DNA of 64,000 nucleotides, taken from positions 1,854,423 through 1,918,422 of the forward strand of contig OZ252098.1 in assembly GCA_965248355.1 (NCBI GenBank). Direction: 5' to 3'. This document shows, in pieces, positions 1-7,904 of the stretch (positions are counted from its first letter, which is position 1; every line of letters starts with the position of its first letter). The DNA comes from Candidatus Latescibacterota bacterium. GTDB taxonomy: Bacteria > Latescibacterota > UBA2968 > UBA8231. A model generated the notes under the pieces. That model made no database searches and was not told the DNA's origin. It saw nothing but the letters and a program-made list of their open reading frames with translations. The position numbers and the translations under genes are program-made.

Positions 1-1333
1 TGAGGATCTGCTGGCCTCCTTGGCGGGTCCAGCGCATGCCGCTGCGTTTGAGTCGATGGCCGACCAGGGTTTTGGCGGCGGCCTCCACGGGGCCGCTGGA
101 GAGGATCAGCCCCGCCGCGTGATAGCGCGCATAGTCCATTTTGTCGCGGTTGTTCCGGAAGTAGCCCATCTCGGTGGTCACCTGACGATGGCGTTCGGAG
201 CCTTTTCGAAGTTTGCGGCGGTGACAGGCCAGAGAGCGGATCAGGCCCTGCACGGCCCCGGGCTCGTGGCGCAGTTTGTGGCGCCAGGACCGGTACCAGC
301 GAGTGGCTTTGGCCGACAGCTTGCCGAAGAGATGCTCGGCCGCCTTCGACAGGTGTTGGGCGGCGTGATAGAAGTCGAGGATCCGGGTGAAGCCATCGAA
401 CACCGGCTGCCGGTCCACGGTGCGCCAGATCTCGCGCTTGCCGTCGGCCAACACCACCCGGTGATCATAGGTCCCTTGCTGCAAGGCCCGACCCGTCTGG
501 TCCACCAAGCCATCGACGAGGGTTTCCATCTTCGCCTCCGGCATGCGCGCGGCATAGCGCACATCGACGCGTTGGGGGTCTTCCGTCTCCGGATCCAGTG
601 GCGTCCGATACGTGGCGACCATGCCCACGCCCGCCTCTTTCCAGGCGGTAGGCGCCCGGTCGAGGTCGGCGTCCCTCGGTCGTTCGGCGGGCCGGCCGCG
701 TTTCGGCGCCGGCTCCCGCAGGGGCACGGTGACGCCGTCCCAACTGACCACCAGGGTGTCGCCTTCGGCCTTCAGCGGGGCCACATCCTGCAAGGCCAGC
801 TCGAGCTGCTCGGCGTGGTCTTCGGCGTACGGCCCGACGGTGGTCAACAGATGCTGTATGGCGGTGCGCGACGGGGGATCGGGCAGCACCTCGGTCAGGC
901 TGTCTTCGACTTCGGCCGGGACCAGGCGGGCCCCCAAGAAGGCGGTGAACCGCTCCAGGGCCGGCACCATGAATCGGCCGACCATGCCGCAGCGCTCATC
1001 CAAGAGCACCCGGCTGGGGCCGCCCCGATCTTGCTGAAACAGCCGCCGCGGCACCCGGACCTTGCCCCACAGGGTCATCCACTCCTTGTCAACCACCTGC
1101 TTGAACCGGTAGACCCGACCCTGGTGGACCACGGTGTCGTCGGTGATCTCACACGCCTGCGCCAGCCGTTGGAAACCGACTCGACCGAGGTCGTCCAACG
1201 CCTCTCGCAGCTCGCTCACCCTCTCGCGAAAGTCCTCCGGTCCGGCGTCCGGAGATTGCAGCCGATGCTCCCACTGGAGGACATTTTCCTCCAACTTCGT
1301 CATGCGAGCGCGAAAATCCTTCGTATCTTCCAT
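1..1333 (-). CDS. ISKra4-family transposase, 5'-complete, runs off window start (>=444 aa)
   Basis: Minus-strand translation from ATG (complement of 1331-1333) gives MEDTKDFRARMTKLEENVLQWEH...DYARYHAAGLILSSGPVEAAAKTLVGHRLKRSGMRWTRQGGQQIL with no stop before position 1. The C-terminal G-S-G-P-V-E-A-A-x-K-T-L-V...RLKRSGMRW block is the ISKra4-family signature as I recall it. This ORF is not in the supplied track because it has no stop inside the window. Confidence 0.8.
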   Translation of the reverse strand, partial: MEDTKDFRARMTKLEENVLQWEHRLQSPDAGPEDFRERVSELREALDDLGRVGFQRLAQACEITDDTVVHQGRVYRFKQVVDKEWMTLWGKVRVPRRLFQQDRGGPSRVLLDERCGMVGRFMVPALERFTAFLGARLVPAEVEDSLTEVLPDPPSRTAIQHLLTTVGPYAEDHAEQLELALQDVAPLKAEGDTLVVSWDGVTVPLREPAPKRGRPAERPRDADLDRAPTAWKEAGVGMVATYRTPLDPETEDPQRVDVRYAARMPEAKMETLVDGLVDQTGRALQQGTYDHRVVLADGKREIWRTVDRQPVFDGFTRILDFYHAAQHLSKAAEHLFGKLSAKATRWYRSWRHKLRHEPGAVQGLIRSLACHRRKLRKGSERHRQVTTEMGYFRNNRDKMDYARYHAAGLILSSGPVEAAAKTLVGHRLKRSGMRWTRQGGQQIL

Positions 1334-1794
1334 CTGGGACCCCTCTCCGGGTTTGGGCGTAAGTGCTTACACCCAAAGATACATTCGTGCCCGGACGTGG
1401 GGTCCCACCTTTCTTGAAAATCTGCGTAAAGTGGAAGCTACACCCATGGAAATGGCCACCTCTCGATACGCCCCACCCGAGAGTCCCATCAGGCCATCGG
1501 GATCGCTGGCCTCCTGTTGGTATACCCAAGTGTTACCTACCACCAGAGGTAAGTAATCCGAGGGCTGGTACGTCGTCTGGGAATGAGCTCTGGACGCTGA
1601 GATAGCTGACAGATGCTACGGAGAGGTACCAGCCTCCAAAGATCCGAGGCTTGCTTTTGTGCGACCCCAAGACGTGTCGGAGATCCTCGTATCCCAGTCA
1701 GGTTCAAACAGCAGTTTCCACCGCGGGAGTTTTGTAGAGTTGGCAGACCCCCAAGGAGAGAATGGAGGTCGTGTCAAAAGGTGTGTAAACGAGA

Positions 1795-2028
1795 TCAGGC
1801 GGCCCTCTGGATCCCTTCCCTGGTAGAGGCGTCCTCTTGGATCGGTTTTCCGTCCTGGTATCTCCGACCGGCGTAGACCGCCGGCAGGAGCTCGGGCGCG
1901 TTGAGCTTGCGGAATCGTGTCTCGGCCACCCTCAGCACGCGCCAGATGAGGGCGGTGGCCCCCTGGACCCGCTTGTAGCGTTTGCCCGCGTTGGTCCGCA
2001 GACGGACCGAGGCAAAAGGGCTCTCCAC
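1795..2028 (-). pseudogene. 77-aa C-terminal fragment of a transposase (IS256/Mutator-like tail)
   Basis: MESPFASVRLRTNAGKRYKRVQGATALIWRVLRVAETRFRKLNAPELLPAVYAGRRYQDG resembles the NxIESxN...KRR.RVV..F.N..A..LI..VL.E....W C-terminus of IS256-type transposases. Too short to be functional and lies between two other IS copies. Confidence 0.35.
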
Positions 2029-2149
2029 CGGGAGACGTTGGACTGAATCTTAAGGTCTCGCTCAGAACCGTAGCACAGCAAATAATGAGTAGCGACCACG
2101 ACTATCCGGAGCTAGGCCAAGCAAGAACCGGGGAGGTGTCGGAGGCCGG

Positions 2150-3565
2150 GCAAGTCCCATTTTCAGTTGAAACGTAGCCCAGGCTCGAGTGGATGAGTCA
2201 GCCCGTCATCGCGAGCTGTTTGAGGCCGAGTTCGGCTTGGAGCGCTTGTCGGAGCATCGGCAGGTGGTGGTAACCGTTGATCCGGCGCAGGCGAGGTTCG
2301 ATGTCGAGCAACGCCGTGGCGACCCAGCGGTGACGCTGCGACGAGTTCGTCCAGCGCCGCACGTTGTGCGTCAACTGCTCCAGGAGACTGTTGACGTTCT
2401 CGATACAGTTGGTGGTACGGAAGGAGGCCTTCAGCATCGGCATCAGGCCCAGGCGGTGGAGCGTGAGGGTTTCTTGCTGGCCTTCCTCCAAGCTGCGCAG
2501 GGCCGACTGGTTCATCAACTGCAACCCCGGTTTCAGCGCCTCCAGGGCGGCTTGGGCCTCCTCGTACGTCGAGTGCCCATACGCCGCTTCCAGCTTTCGA
2601 CGAAGGCCGGCCTGCTCGCTCTTGGGCAGGTACGAGACCACGTTCTGGCGCTTGTGATACTGGCATCGCTGCACGCAGGCATGGCCCTGGAGCACCGACC
2701 GCACTGCCTTGTACAGGCCCTTGCCTCCATCGATCACCACGAGCAGCCCGGCCTCGTATTGCAGGCCCCGCTCGACCAACTCCGCCAGGAAGCGACGACA
2801 GACGCGCTCGTTCTCGGTCGCCGCCTGCACGAAACCCAGAGGGATCTTGTGTCCTTCCACAGTGACGCCCAGGGCGATGAGGATTTCCTCGTCGGCAAAG
2901 CTCTTGCCGTCCAGAAACAGCGCCACCAGGTCGTAGCCTTCCAGGGATCGCTGCTGGAATTCGGCCAGCTTGCGCGCCGTGCCTTTCACATACCGGCGAG
3001 AGACCGAGGAACGGGACAGACCGAAGGCTTGCGGGACGGTCTCGGCGCAGGCCTCGTAGTTGCGCGTGGCCAGGCCCTTCAGCACCCGCAACAACAGCCC
3101 CTGATCCATCTGCCTCGGCGTCTGCAGGGCCTGGTAGGCCTCCAGCGGGACCTCGGTGCCGCGGACCACATCGCGCACGCGCGGCACCTCGACCGGCAGT
3201 TTCTGATCGCCCAGGTACACCGACCCGGCCTGCGCCCCCCAGCGGCGCAACGGCTGATCCGGCCCCTTGCGCTGATACCGAGGTCCGGCCAGGGCCTCCA
3301 CGCCCCGTCGCAGCTCCTCCCCAACCGCCTGCAGCCCCAGGGGGATCAGCAGCTGGATGATCTCGATGCGAGTCTCCAGATCGTCCATCGACGCGGTGGC
3401 TTGGCGGTTCACGGGGCCGATGGTCACGGTCCGTTTGACGCCCCTTTTCCGTGCTTGTAGCTTGCTCATGGCAGGCTCCTTGGGTTACCGAATACGAGGC
3501 TTCTTGGCGATTTCTCGTATCAAACGTAACGATGGGAGCCTGTGTTATTTCAACTAAGATCGGGA
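2150..3565 (-). mobile_element. IS256-family insertion sequence (approximate ends)
   Basis: A single 423-aa transposase is flanked by imperfect inverted ends sharing the core AGTTGAAA (2161-2177 tttcagttgaaacgtag; 3543-3559 tgttatttcaactaaga). GC drops abruptly to the right of 3560. Confidence 0.45.
2198..3469 (-). CDS. IS256-family (MULE) transposase, 423 aa, intact
   Basis: The protein MSKLQARKRGVKRTVT...LFLDGKSF...CVQRCQYHKRQNVVSYLPKSEQAGLRRKLEAAY...NCIENVNSLLEQL is typical of IS256 transposases (D-rich core, CxxH and NxIE motifs). Confidence 0.85.
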   Translation of the reverse strand: MSKLQARKRGVKRTVTIGPVNRQATASMDDLETRIEIIQLLIPLGLQAVGEELRRGVEALAGPRYQRKGPDQPLRRWGAQAGSVYLGDQKLPVEVPRVRDVVRGTEVPLEAYQALQTPRQMDQGLLLRVLKGLATRNYEACAETVPQAFGLSRSSVSRRYVKGTARKLAEFQQRSLEGYDLVALFLDGKSFADEEILIALGVTVEGHKIPLGFVQAATENERVCRRFLAELVERGLQYEAGLLVVIDGGKGLYKAVRSVLQGHACVQRCQYHKRQNVVSYLPKSEQAGLRRKLEAAYGHSTYEEAQAALEALKPGLQLMNQSALRSLEEGQQETLTLHRLGLMPMLKASFRTTNCIENVNSLLEQLTHNVRRWTNSSQRHRWVATALLDIEPRLRRINGYHHLPMLRQALQAELGLKQLAMTG

Positions 3566-4397
3566 CAATGCCCGGAGGCCTGTGCGACATGAAAATGGAA
3601 GGCAGTCTTCCTGCCTTCGACGTTTCGGAAACGAAGGTGGCCATGCCAGAAGAGCAGACTAGCACCGCTGGCCATGCACGCTCGTAACTATCTCCAATGA
3701 GCCCGATACCAAGCACGACACCTAGCCAACTGCTAATCAGTGCTAAGCCGAATTGACTCTCGGAATCCACTAGGCTCAGACCTGCCGCCGTTCCGAACCC
3801 AGTGCCGATGGATCCACCGACCAGGAACCCGATGCCTCCGCAGACACCCTGTCCGTTGCAACCGCTTGACAGAAGGCTTCCGCCGAGAAAACCACCAGCC
3901 GCGCCGGAAATGGATCCGGCGACGAACTTCAAAGCGATTCGTTTGGCATGCGTCAGTTCCTTTCCTTGAGTCGCTGTCGCGGCTGACGTGTCCGGCTTAG
4001 ACCCCTCGGTCCCCCCGTGAGTGATATGCATGTGACCAACTGGCTCTGAAGAGAACGTTGTCTTTAGAAGCAGCGTTCCGATGCCCGCGCCGTCACCGTG
4101 AGGGCGCCCTTGGCTCTGTCCCATTGGGGTACACATGGGTGAGAAGGTCAGTGGCAACTCCTGAGCCGAGGGCAATCCGGTCAGGTAGACGATCCCCGAG
4201 TCGAGCGCCTCCAGGACGGTCAGCTTCGCCAACTCCGCAGACGGAGTCGGGGCCCCGTCGGACAGACCGAGGTCCTTCAACATCGCACGCAGGGAGACGT
4301 CCGGCACGGTGACTTCTAGCGAAAGAATATCCGCGCCCAACCGGTCGGCAGAGCCCGCCAGGGTCAGCCCCAAGGCCAAGGGAATGATACCGAGCAT
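3563..4397 (-). CDS. hypothetical glycine-zipper-rich exported/membrane protein; 3' end may be cut by the IS256 terminus
   Basis: Start is ATG at 4397 with GGAG ~10 nt upstream. The N-terminus MLGIIPLALGLTLAGSADRL is hydrophobic, and the later GSISGAAGGFLGGSLLSSGCNGQGVCGGIGFLVGGSIGTGFGTAAGL has a glycine-zipper pattern. The segment 3560-4660 is visibly lower in GC than its flanks. The ORF has no stop before it runs into the IS256 end at about 3560. Confidence 0.3.
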
Positions 4398-4708
4398 GGT
4401 CTTCTACTCCCATCTGCCCGGCACGGGCAATAGCTCGACATGCCTGAGATCGGCGGAAACCGCACTCTGGAGTTATCCCGGTTTCGCGGACAGCTTTCCG
4501 TTTGTATTCTTTCGTGCGTGACGGATGATTCCTTGTTGACGGGCGACTGGTTGTCCAGGGCGGAGTGGGTGGGGACTTGCACCAGCACCAGCCAGTGTAT
4601 CCGTGGGGCCGAAGTATGTCAAGCGATATGTGATATGGTCATGGGTCGCCACGACTTCTGCACGGCCTCATGGAGGCGAGGAGGGCCTCAGGCGTGGTCT
4701 CCGGGCCC

Positions 4709-5918
4709 TCAGCTCTCCCCGCCTCCCTCCGAGTCTACGTCCCGCCCCCCAACCACCTCCCGCCCCCGCCACAGCTCGTAGACCGCCGGCAACACCAACA
4801 ACGCCAGCAGGGTGGCGGTCGCCAGCCCGCCGACCATGGGCGCCGCGATCCGCTTCATCACCTGCGACCCGGTGCCCGTGGCCCACATGATCGGCAGCAG
4901 GCCGCCCACCGTCGAACCCACGGTCATGAAGATCGGCCGCACGCGCCGGGAGGCGCCCTCGACAATGGCGGCGGCGAGATCTCCGGGGCTTTCGAGAGGG
5001 CCCTCCTGGCGGCGGGCCTCCAGCGCCTGGTCGAGGTAGGTGAGCATGACCACGCCCAACTCGGCGCTGACTCCGGCAAGGGCGATGAACCCCACGCCCA
5101 CGGCGACGCTCATGTTGTAGTCGAGCAGGTAGATGAGCCAGATCCCACCGACCAGGGCGAAGGGCAGGGTCAACATCACCATCAAACTTTCCACGACGCT
5201 GCGGAAGTGGAGGAAGAGGAGCAGGAAGATGATGGCGAGGGTCACCGGGACGACGAGGCTCAGCCGCTCCTTGGCCCTCTCCATGTATTCGTACTGGCCG
5301 CTCCAGACCAAGCTGTATCCCTGGGGCAGGTCGATCTCCTCGCCCACGATCTCCCTGGCGCGCTCGACATAGGTGCCCACGTCGACGTCGCGGATGTCGA
5401 TGTAGACCCAGGCGTTGAGGCGCGCGTTCTCGCTCTTGATGCCGGGGGGCCCCTTGCGGATGCGCAGGTCGGCGACCTGCCCGATGGGGATCTGCGCCCC
5501 CGTGGGCGTGGCCACCAGGACCCGCCGCAAGGCGGGCAGGTTGTCGCGCAGCTCGCGCCCGTAGCGCAGGTTGACCGGGTAGCGCTCGCGGCCCTCCACC
5601 GTGTGGGTGATGTTCATGCCGCCCATGGCCGACAGGATCACCTCCTGCACGTCGCCCACCGTGAGCCCGTAGCGCCCCGCCTCCGCGGTCGCTCTCGAAG
5701 TCGACGTAGTTGCCGCCGGCAACCCTTTCGGCGTAGACGCTGGCCGTGCCCGGGATCTCGCGCACCACCTGCTCGATCCGCCGGCCCACCTCCTGGAGCG
5801 TCTCGAGATCGCCGCCGGCGACCTTGATGCCCACGGGGGTCTTGATGCCGGTGGAGAGCATGTCGATGCGCGTCTTGATCGGCATCGTCCAGGCGTTGGT
5901 CAGGCCCGGGAAGCGGAC
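4709..5918 (-). pseudogene. CusA/CzcA-type heavy-metal-efflux RND transporter, C-terminal ~400 aa only, frameshifted
   Basis: The minus-strand sequence ...VRFPGLTNAWTMPIKTRIDMLSTGIKTPVGIKVAGGDLETLQEVGRRIE... then ...GRYGLTVGDVQEVILSAMGGMNITHTVEGRERYPVNLRYGRELRDNLPALRRVLV...PFALVGGIWLIYLLDYNMSVAVGVGFIALAGVSAELGVVMLTYLDQA...MTVGSTVGGLLPIMWATGTGSQVMKRIAAPMVGGLATATLLALLVLPAVYELW matches the CusA family closely. The reading frame breaks near 5700 (FESDR|GGGALR versus the expected FESDREAAGRYGL). No N-terminal ~600 aa exists upstream, where the sequence runs into an ISKra4 remnant. Confidence 0.75.
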
Positions 5919-6309
5919 ACCTGTCAAGGGACACCCAGATTCGCGCAGTTGGGGGACACGTGAATTCGCGCACCCCGGATGATCGGGGTCGGTGCTACCG
6001 GATCGGTCTTCCTCCCTCCTGAGGTGAGGCGTGGCACCGGGCCCGGGACCTGCAACGCACCCCGGGCGGAGTCCCCGGTCCCAACAAGGAACTCTCGTCG
6101 AACGAGGGGTGTGAGCGATGGTCCTGGCCTCCTTCCGTCCCCGTGTCATCGGTCCTGGGCCAGTTGCTGCTCCATGTCCCGGAGGCGGAAGCTGCGGCCG
6201 TCGATCTGCAGGACATGGTAGTAGTGGAGCAGACGATCCAGGATGCCGTGGCCGGGACCTCGTCGCCGGCCAACATCTCCGGCCATTCGCGGATGCTCTG
6301 TTGGAGGTG

Positions 6310-6395
6310 ATCAGGGTGCCGCCGACCAGGGTATTGGCGGCGGCCTTCACGGGGCCGCTGGAGAGGGATCAGCCCCGCCGCGCGAAGCGCGCAGT
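6310..6395. repeat. ~85-bp remnant of the ISKra4 transposase 3' coding end (second, degenerate copy)
   Basis: 6322-6392 (cgaccagggtattggcggcggccttcacggggccgctggagagggatcagccccgccgcgcgaagcgcgc) is ~90% identical to 61-130 of the window (cgaccagggttttggcggcggcctccacggggccgctggagaggatcagccccgccgcgtgatagcgcgc), with a 1-nt indel. Confidence 0.6.
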
Positions 6396-6459
6396 CTCAC
6401 TCTATAGTGGGTGTGGCTTTGGCGAGGATGGAATCGGCCGTAGTAGTCCAAACGTAGGA

Positions 6460-7185
6460 CTACGGGCCGGCCCGCCGCCGGGCGGCCTCGACAAAGCGCT
6501 GGGCCAGCTTCGGGCCCAGACCCTCGTCCTCGTGCTTGAAGAACACGAAGGCGCGGGTCCAGTCCTGCTCCAGGACGCGCGCCGCCCAGGCCGTCATCTC
6601 CTCGTCGGAATAGTCGCTGCCCCGCAGGCGCAGGTAGCCCCAGTCGGCGGTGCTGGCGAAGCGGCGCTCCACGTCGGGAGCGGTGTCGTCGTCCCCGTGG
6701 GCGAAGCAGAGGGCCCGGTTGCGTGAGCGCAGGCTGTCGCGGACCTCGTCGTCGAACCAGCTGTCGTGACGGAACTCCATCGCCGCCGGCAGCCGGTCCG
6801 GCAGCTGGTCGACGAAGGTGCGCAGCCGCTCCAGGTCTTTCTCGAAGGTCGGCGGGAACTGGAACAGGACCGCTCCCAGACGCTCGCCCAGCTCGCCGGC
6901 GATGCCGGCGAAATAGCCGGTCTCCTCGCCCACGTCCTTCAACCGCTTGAAGTGGGTGATGCGCCGCGTGGCCTTCATGGCGTAGCGGAACCCCTCGGGC
7001 ACGCGCTCGGCCCAGCCGCGCACCACCTCGGGCTTGGGCACCCGGTAGAAGGAGTTGTTGATCTCCACGGCGCGGAAACGCTGCCCGTAGAAGGAGAGCA
7101 TCTCCTTGTCGGGGAGCTTCTCGGGATAGAAGGGCCCCTTCCACTCCTTGTAGCTGTAGCCGCTGGTGCCGGCGTAAAGCTCCAC
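6460..7185 (-). CDS. DUF72 (YecE-like, UPF0759) family protein
   Basis: MELYAGTSGYSYKEWKGPFYP...FRAVEINNSFYR...HFKRLKD...VLFQFPPTF...MEFRHDSW is the classic DUF72 motif set. Confidence 0.85.
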   Translation of the reverse strand: MELYAGTSGYSYKEWKGPFYPEKLPDKEMLSFYGQRFRAVEINNSFYRVPKPEVVRGWAERVPEGFRYAMKATRRITHFKRLKDVGEETGYFAGIAGELGERLGAVLFQFPPTFEKDLERLRTFVDQLPDRLPAAMEFRHDSWFDDEVRDSLRSRNRALCFAHGDDDTAPDVERRFASTADWGYLRLRGSDYSDEEMTAWAARVLEQDWTRAFVFFKHEDEGLGPKLAQRFVEAARRRAGP

Positions 7186-7190
7186 GACCC

Positions 7191-7904
7191 TCAGACCTCG
7201 ATGGCGAAGAGGCGATTCACCGCCGGCAGGGTGATGCGCTCGGAGTAGTGGAAGACCTCGGCCGCCTGGGGGGCCTCACCGGTGCGGGTGGGTACTTCGA
7301 CCACGAAGTCGGCGAACCCCGGGACGTTGAAGGCGACGAAGGCCAGCCGCAGGGCGTCGACGCTGCGCTCGGGGCGGCGGGACAGGTCCGGCAGCACCAC
7401 CGGACCGGTGTCGACCTGGTAGATCCCCGGGCCGCGGCGGGTGTTCATCGTCTTCACCGGCGCCTCGATGACGGCCCGCAGGCCGGTGCCGGGATCGGCG
7501 ATCTCGGTCTGCGACACCAGCGGCTCGTGGGCATAGGTCGCCTCCAGGATCTCCTCCTGGGTCGTCAGCTCCCGCGCCGGGCCCTCCACCAGCCGGTAGC
7601 TCTGTCCGTCCCACCACCCGTCGGCCTCGCGGACCTCGCGGTAGCCGTCGTGGCGGACGGACTTGCGCCGGAAGACGATCGCCCACCGCGGTCCGAAGAC
7701 CGGCAGGAAATCGTAGTTGTCCTGAAGGAACAGGTCCCTCTCGGCGAAGGTGTCCTCGCTCTTGCAGGACCCGCACTGGACGTAGTCCTCATGCGTTCCC
7801 GAACGCTCGTCGATCCAGCGCGTGCGCGACTCCACCCAGAAGCGGACCTCGTTGGTGGGCGCCCGGCCGATGACGAAGGAGCGTCCGTAGTCGAGGGGGG
7901 TCAT
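7191..7904 (-). CDS. hypothetical protein (237 aa), translationally coupled to the upstream DUF362-domain gene
   Basis: Protein-like, acidic composition, unlike the Arg/Pro-rich antisense ORFs. Its ATG overlaps the stop of the upstream gene as ATGA at 7901-7904. No family recognised. Confidence 0.55.
   Translation of the reverse strand: MTPLDYGRSFVIGRAPTNEVRFWVESRTRWIDERSGTHEDYVQCGSCKSEDTFAERDLFLQDNYDFLPVFGPRWAIVFRRKSVRHDGYREVREADGWWDGQSYRLVEGPARELTTQEEILEATYAHEPLVSQTEIADPGTGLRAVIEAPVKTMNTRRGPGIYQVDTGPVVLPDLSRRPERSVDALRLAFVAFNVPGFADFVVEVPTRTGEAPQAAEVFHYSERITLPAVNRLFAIEV

Noticed and set aside
2163-4397. 744-aa ORF reading through the IS256 element on its antisense strand
   Set aside because: Only the first ~280 codons (4397 to about 3563) are protein-like. 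The remainder is the antisense of the IS256 transposase gene.
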